Origin: a bacterium
Lineage (GTDB): Bacteria > Zhuqueibacterota > Zhuqueibacteria > Zhuqueibacterales > Zhuqueibacteraceae
Assembly (NCBI GenBank): GCA_044869275.1
Contig: JBIOXB010000034.1
Coordinates: forward strand, 32,001 to 96,000
DNA: 64,000 bases
Direction: 5' to 3'
Of this stretch, positions 19,601 through 27,815 are shown one piece after another (positions within the stretch are counted from its first letter, which is position 1; the number at the start of each line of letters is the position of its first letter). The position numbers were made by a program, and so were the translations under genes. Below the pieces are notes generated by a model. That model was not told where the DNA came from, did not search any database, and saw only the letters and a program-made list of their open reading frames with translations.

Positions 19601-19687
19601 TTGCTTCTCATATTATTGCTTGCCTTCAGAATTCTTTTTCATAATCTTGCGCCAACTTATTCTCTTCCTCCGGGCGGCGGTGGTTGA
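19601..19687 (+). pseudogene. Degenerate second copy of the lipopeptide gene (28 codons from TTG)
   Basis: Manual translation gives LLLILLLAFRILFHNLAPTYSLPPGGGG*. It echoes FLLVLLFA..YAPT..PPG.GG of 19325-19510, and the stop-codon context is similar. Confidence 0.45.
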
Positions 19688-19895
19688 TGCCGTTAACGCA
19701 CTCGCTGCGGGCATTCGCAGTACTTCACTTCGTCGAGCGACTCTGCTGCTGAAAATGGCGGAATCGAGTTTTTACAGCGGTTGTCATTCTGGGAGAAGCT
19801 TCTCTCAGCTAGGGCATAAAGGCCCGTTGCGCAGATAGTGCCCGGTACTTGGGAAGATTCTTTCTGAGAATGACAGGACGCGGGCCACGATGGCA

Positions 19896-22800
19896 TTACC
19901 CTTGTAACAATTTTGCTTTTCTATTTTTTCGCCCAAACAGCATACTACCCGCCATCAGCAAAATCGCTATAATCGCGGCCAGCGCTATCCAATCTCTTGC
20001 ACCCCACGGCAGGGGCAGTTCTACGCGCCAATCGCGGCCGTAATAAGCAAATGCGGCCCAATCGGTGAAATCATAATTGGGGTGATTCAGTATTTCGAGC
20101 TTCGCGGTTTGCAGGGCAGCCACGGTTGATTGTCCAGCGCGCAATGCTTGGTAGTAGGCTTTGAAAAACTCCGCTGTGGAATAATCATCGACTTTCCACA
20201 AGCTGGCGATCATGCTCGGCGTGCCGGCGGCGCGAAAAGCCTGCACAAAACCCTCAAAGCCCTCGCTTTCCACGAATGTGCCGCGCACAGTTTCGCATCC
20301 GCTCAAAACCGCTATTTTCACCGGCAAGCTCATTTGAAAAATCTCAAACGCAAAAAGCCTTTCCGGCTCACTCATACCGCGTGGCGTGGACAAAAGGATT
20401 TCGCCGAACAAGGGCTCGGCCGACTGCCAAAAACTATGGCTGGCAATGTGCAGCCAGTCGCTTTGATGCATAGCGGGCAGCAGGGATTTGCGTGTGAGCT
20501 TAGCGCCGGTCAAATCCGTCTGGCACTTCACCAAACGGCGTATCATTTCGGCTTCCAATTCACCTACCGTTCCTCTCGGCCAACGCGCATTGCGTGGATT
20601 TGAACCGTTGGAGTTTTCGGACTGCAATACCGGTGCGGCTGCCAGCAAGAATGATTGTACCCGCAAATCATCCTGCTCTTCTTGTTGCAAATCAGCAAGC
20701 GTGCTGCCGTAGCGCACTGCAAAGCGTTCAATCAAAAAGAACGCATCGCTCCGCTCTGTCGAGGTGAGCGGCAAGATTTCAAAAGGCAGAGCATGCAAAA
20801 CGCCGTCTGGCACGAGGGACAAAGTGGTTTCCTTGCGTTCCGCCAGAAAATCTTGCAGCAGCAGGCGATAGAGACGGCGCGCCGCAACGGTATCAAATTT
20901 AGCCACGCTTTCCCTAATGGCGTCGGCATTCTTGGTGTTCATGCCTTTGTGAATATCCAGCAGTTGTTGCTCCAGCGCATGACGGCCTACAGCAACGGAA
21001 GCTGCGCGCAGCGTATCCGCCGCGATGAAAAAGACCAAAGTCGAGGAATCACCCACAAAGAAGGTGAGCACCATTTCTCGGCGCGCGCGTAGATTCCGGC
21101 GAAAATCATGAATGGGAAAGGGAGGTGCGTCCAGCCAAAGCGCGGCATTCATGCCGAGCACACTGTCTTGCAAAGCTGCATGCTGGCGCTCCCAGGTCGC
21201 AATTTTTGTGGCCAAACCAATTTGGAATTCCGGCGAATCCGCAACTGCTTTTTGCACACGCGCCTTTTGTAGAAGAGAATCCAACATCGCGAGCTGGCAG
21301 GCTTTTGCGCTGTCTGTTGGCGCGTGACGAAGCTGTTGCACCTGCCAGCGCCTGCGCTTGACAATCAAATCGCGCGCCCGTTCGGTTTCAGCCAAAGCCC
21401 GCTCGACCTGACCATTCTTCACATAAGCCTGGCTTAGGCCGAAAAAGATTTCGCGTTCGACACTTGATAAGGAAGACAGATGCTGGGGGCCGAAGCGGTG
21501 CGTTTGCGTCATGGTGGTTCTTGCAGCGTCTTCATATATTTTAATGGCTTCTGCACGTTGCCCGGTTTGCCAGGCAATCTCCGCAAGCAATGAGAGAATT
21601 CTTAAATTCGTTTCATACGCTGGTGTCTCTCGTATGGTTGCCAGTGCGTGGGCTAATCTATGTTTGGCTTGGCCATACTGTTGCGCGCCCATTTCGATTT
21701 GCGCGAGCAATATTTGCGCGAGCATAAATGGCGTCATCAGGTTGGCATTTTTCGCTGCAATAGTTGATTCTGACAACAACGCATGCGCTCGGTGAGCTTG
21801 ACCGAGACGCATCGCAATTTCACCACGCAAAAGCTTCAACTTCAGCAACTGCTCGAAATTAGGTTTTTTTTGTGCGAGCTCCTGTGCCTGTTCGCAATAG
21901 TTTAGTGCTTCGGAGTACCTTCCTAGTGCAGTTAAGAAGGAAGCGAGATTCTGACAGCCGAAAGAGAAATACGAATCCAAATTTCGACTACGCACATAGG
22001 TCATGGCTTTCTGCGCAATTTCGAGCGCTTGAATTTTGCGGTCTGCCTCAAATTCAATTAGGGCGAGATCAAACAAAAGGGAGGCTGCGCTATCTTTTAG
22101 GCCCACAGAATCAGCGATCTCAAAAGCCCTATGTGCATAAGCCAGCGCATCGTTCCTTTTCCCTCTCTCAAGAGCCAATTCTGAAAGATAATCGTAGGCG
22201 TGAAACAACAACTCGCCATCGAGATATTGTCTGGCACGCTGAGCAGCAGTCGTCAAAGTTTGCTCCGCTTTCGACCATTGGTGCTGCTGAAGCTGGATCT
22301 GGCCCAGAAGCAACATCAGCCGGCCTTCCCATACCCGATTACCAATCCTATGCGCCGATTCGAAACCTTGCTCAAGCGTTGCAATTGCTTTCTGCCATTT
22401 CCCCAGCTTAAGTTCAGCCTGAGCACGGCCATGCAACAAACGCGCTCTACCTTCTTCATCCTTTGCGACTTGGCAATGGGCGAGGCCATCTTCATGTACA
22501 TTCTTCGCTTCCTGCCAGGATTCTAGATTTCCAAGGTTATATCCAAGAGCATAGTATATGCGCCAATGACGGTCGTTGTTTGCGAGCAGAGCGCGCAGAG
22601 TATCACGGGCCAATTTGAAATCGTTATTTTTAGAATGGCACAACGCCAAGGCAAAAACCTGCCGCCAATTTCTATGATGCTGTTGGTACTGCCGCCGCAG
22701 CAGCTCGAACGCGGCCGCGCTGTCCTTGAGCTCAAAGCTTTTATTGACGAAGATTTCGTAGGGATAGACGCAGTGGCTGTTTTCAACCACGGCCAGCCGT

Positions 22801-23222
22801 GCGTATCGCAAGCTGCTATCGGGTCTTTGCTGCGATTCCCACAGAATGGCATGGCCGCCCGCTATGTCGCCTTGCCAATGCTTCGCCGCCAGCAAAGAAT
22901 CAAAAAACACATGTCCCGCCGCAAATCTCCTTTCATAAACAAAAACATAAGCTGCGGTTTCGTACAAGGGTGGATATATTTCTTCTTTGCGAAGCAGGCT
23001 GTCAATGCGCGCATGCGCCTCGGCGAAATCGCCCCGGCCCATGGCATAACGGACTTCCAAATAGTCGCGCGGCACCTGCAGGTCTTTCGCCGGACCTTCT
23101 TGCTTCGCCTGGCCCAAGTCTGCCAGCAGCAAAAGAATGATCACGGCGGTGCATGCCGGTCCGGGGAGGCCATGGGCGCGGCTGCGAACGGGCAGTGATT
23201 TTTTGACAAGGATGAGAGTCAT
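19896..23222 (-). CDS. TPR + CHAT (caspase/HetF-like) protease with signal peptide and C-terminal TM anchor (copy 1)
   Basis: Long TPR array; 'LSLVPDGVLHALPFEIL', 'WLHIASH', 'VLSGCET', 'IASLWKVDD', 'WAAF'. ATG 23222 chosen to match the paralog; the ORF extends to GTG 23291. Confidence 0.9.
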   Translation of the reverse strand: MTLILVKKSLPVRSRAHGLPGPACTAVIILLLLADLGQAKQEGPAKDLQVPRDYLEVRYAMGRGDFAEAHARIDSLLRKEEIYPPLYETAAYVFVYERRFAAGHVFFDSLLAAKHWQGDIAGGHAILWESQQRPDSSLRYARLAVVENSHCVYPYEIFVNKSFELKDSAAAFELLRRQYQQHHRNWRQVFALALCHSKNNDFKLARDTLRALLANNDRHWRIYYALGYNLGNLESWQEAKNVHEDGLAHCQVAKDEEGRARLLHGRAQAELKLGKWQKAIATLEQGFESAHRIGNRVWEGRLMLLLGQIQLQQHQWSKAEQTLTTAAQRARQYLDGELLFHAYDYLSELALERGKRNDALAYAHRAFEIADSVGLKDSAASLLFDLALIEFEADRKIQALEIAQKAMTYVRSRNLDSYFSFGCQNLASFLTALGRYSEALNYCEQAQELAQKKPNFEQLLKLKLLRGEIAMRLGQAHRAHALLSESTIAAKNANLMTPFMLAQILLAQIEMGAQQYGQAKHRLAHALATIRETPAYETNLRILSLLAEIAWQTGQRAEAIKIYEDAARTTMTQTHRFGPQHLSSLSSVEREIFFGLSQAYVKNGQVERALAETERARDLIVKRRRWQVQQLRHAPTDSAKACQLAMLDSLLQKARVQKAVADSPEFQIGLATKIATWERQHAALQDSVLGMNAALWLDAPPFPIHDFRRNLRARREMVLTFFVGDSSTLVFFIAADTLRAASVAVGRHALEQQLLDIHKGMNTKNADAIRESVAKFDTVAARRLYRLLLQDFLAERKETTLSLVPDGVLHALPFEILPLTSTERSDAFFLIERFAVRYGSTLADLQQEEQDDLRVQSFLLAAAPVLQSENSNGSNPRNARWPRGTVGELEAEMIRRLVKCQTDLTGAKLTRKSLLPAMHQSDWLHIASHSFWQSAEPLFGEILLSTPRGMSEPERLFAFEIFQMSLPVKIAVLSGCETVRGTFVESEGFEGFVQAFRAAGTPSMIASLWKVDDYSTAEFFKAYYQALRAGQSTVAALQTAKLEILNHPNYDFTDWAAFAYYGRDWRVELPLPWGARDWIALAAIIAILLMAGSMLFGRKNRKAKLLQG

Positions 23223-23293
23223 TCTGCGGCAAATACATCTTCGCTTTCCGAGCAGCGCCCTAGGGAGAGGCAAGACTGCAAAACCTAACACGA

Positions 23294-26200
23294 CTATTTA
23301 TTATGAAATTTGATTTCGTGTTTTCTTAGTCTGACAGCCACTTGCCAACCGGCCAAAAACAGAACCACAATCATTCCCGCCAGCACCAGCGCTTCCTTTA
23401 TGCCCCACGGCGCCGGCAGCTGCACACGCCAGTCGCGGCCATAATAAGCAAACGCGGCCCAATGCGTGAAATCATAATTGGGGTTAGCCAGCATCTCGAG
23501 CTTCGCGGTTTGCAGCGCGCGCATGGTGGATTGCCCGGCGCGCAAAGCTTTATAGTAAGCTCTGAAGAATTCTGAAGTGGGAAAGTCATCGACCTTCCAC
23601 AAGCTGGCGATCACACTGGGCGCGCCCGCGGCGCGAAATGCCTGCACAAAGCCTTCAAAGCCCTCACTGTCCACGAACGTGCCGCGCACGGTCTCGCATC
23701 CGCTCAATACCGCCATTTGCACCGGCAGCGCCATTTGAAAAATTTCAAAAGCAAAAAGCCGTTGCGGCTCGCTCCTTCCCGGCGGCGTGACCAAATCGAT
23801 CTCGCCGAACAGAGGCTCGGCCGGCCGCCAGGTGCAGTGGCTGGCAATATGCAGCCAATCGCTCTGCTGCATTGCCAGCAACAAAGAGTCACGCGTGAGA
23901 TTTGCGCCGGCCAGATCCGTTTTGCATTGCACCATACTGCGAATGATTTCGGCTTCCAAATGGCCCACGGTTCCCGCCCGCCGGTCGGCATCGCGCTGTG
24001 CGATCAAGCCATTTGTCTCCGCCGGCGGCGCGGCCGGCGCGGCCGCCAGCAAGAACGATTTCACCGGCAAATAATCCTGCCCGTCTTGTTGCAAATCCGT
24101 TAGCGTGCTGCCGTAGCGCACGGCAAAACGCTCGACCAAGAATGGCGCGCGGCCTTGTCCTGAACTGAGCGTCAGGATTTCAAACGGCAGGGCATGCAAA
24201 GCGCCATCCGGAACGATGGCCAGCGCGGTTTCAGGCCGCTGCTCGAGAAAGTCTTGCAGCAGCAGACGATAAAGATCATGGGCCGCTGCCGTATTGAGCT
24301 GCATTTTTCCCCGCGCCAGCGGTTCGGCATGTCCGGTACTCATGCCTGCATGAATGCGCAGCAACCCCTGCTCCAAGCTTCGGCGTCCAATGGCAATGGC
24401 TGCGAACTGCAGGGTGTCGGGCGCGAGAAAAAAGACCAGAGTAGAAGAGTCTCCCACAAAAAAGCTGAGCGCGATCTCCTGGCGGGAATTCAGGCTGCGG
24501 CGAAAGTGGCTGAGGTCAAAAGGAAGCGTCTCAAGCCAGGGCTTCACGGCACCTTGCACGGCCTGTTGCTGGCGCTCCCCTTCTGCAATTTTCGCCGCCC
24601 AATCGAGCTGGAGCGAAGTCGAATTCGTGGCCGCTCTCTGCAAGCGTGCTTCTTGCAGCATGGCATCGAGGCTGGCGAGCTTGCGGATTATCGTGCTATC
24701 CCTTGAGGCATGAGCGAGCTGCTGCGCATGCCAGCGTTTGCGCTTGACGATCAGATCACGCGCCCGCTCGGTCTCGACCAAGGCGCGTGCAATCTGCCCC
24801 ATCTCGGCATAGGCACGGCTCAAACTAAAAAAGACTTCACGCTCGACTCGCGACAAGGAAGACAGATGCTCCGACCCAAAGCCCGGCATTTGCGCAAGGA
24901 TGATTTTGAGCGCATCTTCATATACTTTGAGTGCCTGCGGCCGTTCTCCGGTCCGCCACGCGATCTCAGCAAACAACGCGAGCATTCTCAGGTTCGTTTC
25001 ATAGGCCGGTGTTTCAGGCAATGCCGCCAAGGTGCCGGCCAATCTTTGTTTCGCCTGGCGGTATTGTCCGGCACCCATCTCTCTTTGTGCAAATAGTATT
25101 TGTGCTTCGGTAAACGCCGCCATCAGCCCGGCATGCCGTGCTGACTCGGCCGCTTCGGCCAAGAGCGCGCGCGCTTCGCGCGTGCGTTTCAGAGGAAATA
25201 AAATTTTGGCGCGCAGCAATTTCAAATTCAACAATTGTTCGGCATTATTTCTTTTTCCCGCCAAACGCTGTGCTGCTTCGCAATGCAACAAGGCTTCTGG
25301 GTGTTTTCCCAGCAGATCCAAATTGCAGGCCAGATTTTGATGAAGATAAGGCAATTGCCAATCCAGCCCGTGGGCCAGTGCATATTGCAAGGCTTCTTGC
25401 AAGAGCTCGAGCGCTTGCGCTTCGCGGCCGGCGGACAATTCAATGAGCGCGACACGTTGTATGAGCGATCCGGCGTAGGTCTTCATGCCCAGAGAATCGG
25501 CAACGTGATAGGCCATATACGTATATTGGAGCGCTTCGCTCCTCTTGCCAATATTGTCGGCCAATTGCGACAAGTAATAATAGGCATGCAGCAAGAGATC
25601 GCCCAGGGCATAGTTCCGGGCGCACTGGACGACGGCCTCGAAAGTTTGCCGCGCCTGCAACCATTGCTGCTGCTTGAGTTGAATCTCGCCCAGCAAAGAA
25701 AGCAGCCAGCCTTCACGCAAACGATTGCCGATGCGGCGCGTCAAATCCAAGCCCTGCTGCAAAGTCGCCACCGCCGCTTGCCACTGTCCCAATGCCTGTT
25801 CTGCCTGGGCGCGGCCGTATAACAACCGCACCTTCCCCTCCTCGTCATTCACCTGGTCACAATAAGCAAGGCCTTCATCATAAGCCCTCTTTGCTTCCTG
25901 CCAAGAGGCGGTGAGCCACAAGCCCTGTCCCAAAGAAAAATAAATTCGCCAATGCCTGATATTGCTCGCAAGCAGAGCACGCAAGGTATCCACTGCTACT
26001 TTGTGCTGGCTGTGCAGGGAATACCATGAAGCGATGGCATAAGCCAGCCGCCAGTTTTCCGGACGCTGCGGGCGCCATCGCTGCAGGAGCTCAAGTGCCG
26101 CCTGGTTACTTTTACACTCGAAACTCTTCTCCACAAAGATTTCGTAGGGATAGACACACTGGCTGTTTTCGAGCACGGCCAGCCTGGCGTACTTCACGGT

Positions 26201-26614
26201 GCTGTCTGGCCGCTGCTGCGTGAGCCAAAGAATGGCGTGACCGCCAGCGACATTGCCTTGATGGTGCCCGGCCGCCAGTAATGAATCAAAGAACGCATGC
26301 CCGGCGACGAATCTTCGTTGGTAAACGTAAATATAAGCCGTAGTCTCGTAGAGAGGGGGATAGACATCTTTTTCCTGGAGCAGGCGCACCGTCAGTCGAT
26401 GCGCTTCGGCGTAGTCGCCTCTTCCCATGGCTAAACGAACCTGGGGGTAGGTTTGGGGCATTTGCTGCTCCCGCGCCGCGCTGGGGCTGCCGGCGGACAA
26501 AGCGCAAACCGCGAGGGCAATGGCTGCCGGTTGGCGCAGAAACAGGATACACCTCGCCCTGGGGTTAGGTGCGCTGGTAGAATCGGAAATCCTTGGGGAA
26601 ATGGCACTGATCAT
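23294..26614 (-). CDS. TPR + CHAT (caspase/HetF-like) protease with signal peptide and C-terminal TM anchor (copy 2)
   Basis: Colinear paralog of copy 1: 'LAIVPDGALHALPFEIL', 'WLHIASH', 'VLSGCET', 'HWAAF', and a hydrophobic tail followed by basic residues. Confidence 0.9.
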   Translation of the reverse strand: MISAISPRISDSTSAPNPRARCILFLRQPAAIALAVCALSAGSPSAAREQQMPQTYPQVRLAMGRGDYAEAHRLTVRLLQEKDVYPPLYETTAYIYVYQRRFVAGHAFFDSLLAAGHHQGNVAGGHAILWLTQQRPDSTVKYARLAVLENSQCVYPYEIFVEKSFECKSNQAALELLQRWRPQRPENWRLAYAIASWYSLHSQHKVAVDTLRALLASNIRHWRIYFSLGQGLWLTASWQEAKRAYDEGLAYCDQVNDEEGKVRLLYGRAQAEQALGQWQAAVATLQQGLDLTRRIGNRLREGWLLSLLGEIQLKQQQWLQARQTFEAVVQCARNYALGDLLLHAYYYLSQLADNIGKRSEALQYTYMAYHVADSLGMKTYAGSLIQRVALIELSAGREAQALELLQEALQYALAHGLDWQLPYLHQNLACNLDLLGKHPEALLHCEAAQRLAGKRNNAEQLLNLKLLRAKILFPLKRTREARALLAEAAESARHAGLMAAFTEAQILFAQREMGAGQYRQAKQRLAGTLAALPETPAYETNLRMLALFAEIAWRTGERPQALKVYEDALKIILAQMPGFGSEHLSSLSRVEREVFFSLSRAYAEMGQIARALVETERARDLIVKRKRWHAQQLAHASRDSTIIRKLASLDAMLQEARLQRAATNSTSLQLDWAAKIAEGERQQQAVQGAVKPWLETLPFDLSHFRRSLNSRQEIALSFFVGDSSTLVFFLAPDTLQFAAIAIGRRSLEQGLLRIHAGMSTGHAEPLARGKMQLNTAAAHDLYRLLLQDFLEQRPETALAIVPDGALHALPFEILTLSSGQGRAPFLVERFAVRYGSTLTDLQQDGQDYLPVKSFLLAAAPAAPPAETNGLIAQRDADRRAGTVGHLEAEIIRSMVQCKTDLAGANLTRDSLLLAMQQSDWLHIASHCTWRPAEPLFGEIDLVTPPGRSEPQRLFAFEIFQMALPVQMAVLSGCETVRGTFVDSEGFEGFVQAFRAAGAPSVIASLWKVDDFPTSEFFRAYYKALRAGQSTMRALQTAKLEMLANPNYDFTHWAAFAYYGRDWRVQLPAPWGIKEALVLAGMIVVLFLAGWQVAVRLRKHEIKFHNK

Positions 26615-26756
26615 GTTTTTCGATTTTAAACAATAGTTTCCTCGTCACCCGGAAGCCCTCCTGGCCGGCGTTGCGGAAGAGAGACAACGCTTCGATAGAC
26701 CTTGCCAAATTCACCAAGATTCTCTCAGACTGTCATCAGGCTGAAGCGGCCGTAAA

Positions 26757-27815
26757 TTATCGCCACTCCTCCATGATTTCCTCGAACGCCGCACGACCGG
26801 GGCGTACGCGCGACTCCGGCAGGGTGGCCAGCGGCGCGTCGATCATGTTCAAGACCTCGATGAAATCCGGCGAGGTCGTGGTGATATAGACCACACCGGT
26901 AAGCACCTCGCCTTTTTCACGGGCCTCGGCCAGGCGGCGCAGGGCATCGAACTTTTGCGAGGGATCGTAATTTTCCGGCAGCTTGCTGAGCAGCAAGCGC
27001 GAGCCGTCGTGCAATTCCACTTCTTTCGTCGTACCCGGCTCATACTCGACGGTAATGTCCTCAAAAAACGGCACGAACCCGAGATCGCTCAATTTTTCTT
27101 CGTGATCCTTTACGTAGCTGTAGCTTTTGGTCGAGCCTTCGTGATCGTTGAAGGTGACACAGGGCGAAATGATGTCGAGCAGCGCCGTGCCGCGGTGTGA
27201 GATGGCCGCTTTCAAAATAGTGGTCAATTGCTTCTTGTCGCCGGAAAACGCGCGCGCCACGAACGTGGCGCCGAGATCGATGGCCATAGCGCAGGTATCC
27301 ACGCCCGGCAGATCGTTGATCACCCCGGTTTTTAGTTTCGAGCCGCGCTCGGCCGTGGCGGAAAACTGGCCCTTGGTCAAGCCATACACGCCGTTGTCTT
27401 CAATAATATAGATCATGGGCAGATTGCGGCGCATCAAATGCACGAACTGCCCCATGCCGATGGAGGCGGTGTCGCCGTCGCCGCTCACTCCTAGAATGAA
27501 CAGATCGCGATTGGCCAGTGCCGCGCCGGTGGCCACCGCCGGCATGCGGCCATGCACGGCGTTGAAGCCGTGCGAAGGCTCGAGAAAATACGCCGGCGAT
27601 TTGCTGGAGCAGCCGATGCCGGAAAACTTGGCGACGTGATACGGATCGACACCCATTTCATAAAACGCATCGATGATGCGCTCGGAAATCGCATTGTGGC
27701 CGCAGCCGGCGCACAGCGTGGTTTTGCCGCCGCGATATACGCTTTGTTCTAAACCCAGGCGGTTGACCTTGGGCTTGGGCGCGGAGGGGGGCAGTGTTTC
27801 AGTGGCGAGAGCCAT
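26757..27815 (-). CDS. korB: 2-oxoacid:ferredoxin oxidoreductase subunit beta
   Basis: 'TLCAGCGH', 'SGIGCSSK', 'HGRMPA', TPP motif 'SGDGDTASIG', 'DNGVYGLTKGQFSAT'. Confidence 0.92.
   Translation of the reverse strand: MALATETLPPSAPKPKVNRLGLEQSVYRGGKTTLCAGCGHNAISERIIDAFYEMGVDPYHVAKFSGIGCSSKSPAYFLEPSHGFNAVHGRMPAVATGAALANRDLFILGVSGDGDTASIGMGQFVHLMRRNLPMIYIIEDNGVYGLTKGQFSATAERGSKLKTGVINDLPGVDTCAMAIDLGATFVARAFSGDKKQLTTILKAAISHRGTALLDIISPCVTFNDHEGSTKSYSYVKDHEEKLSDLGFVPFFEDITVEYEPGTTKEVELHDGSRLLLSKLPENYDPSQKFDALRRLAEAREKGEVLTGVVYITTTSPDFIEVLNMIDAPLATLPESRVRPGRAAFEEIMEEWR

Noticed and set aside
19896..26614. CHAT genes as a CRISPR-associated (Craspase-type) or gasdermin defence module
   Set aside because: No Cas genes, repeat-spacer array or gasdermin-like ORF in the window, and the predicted export and TM anchoring argue against a cytoplasmic effector.
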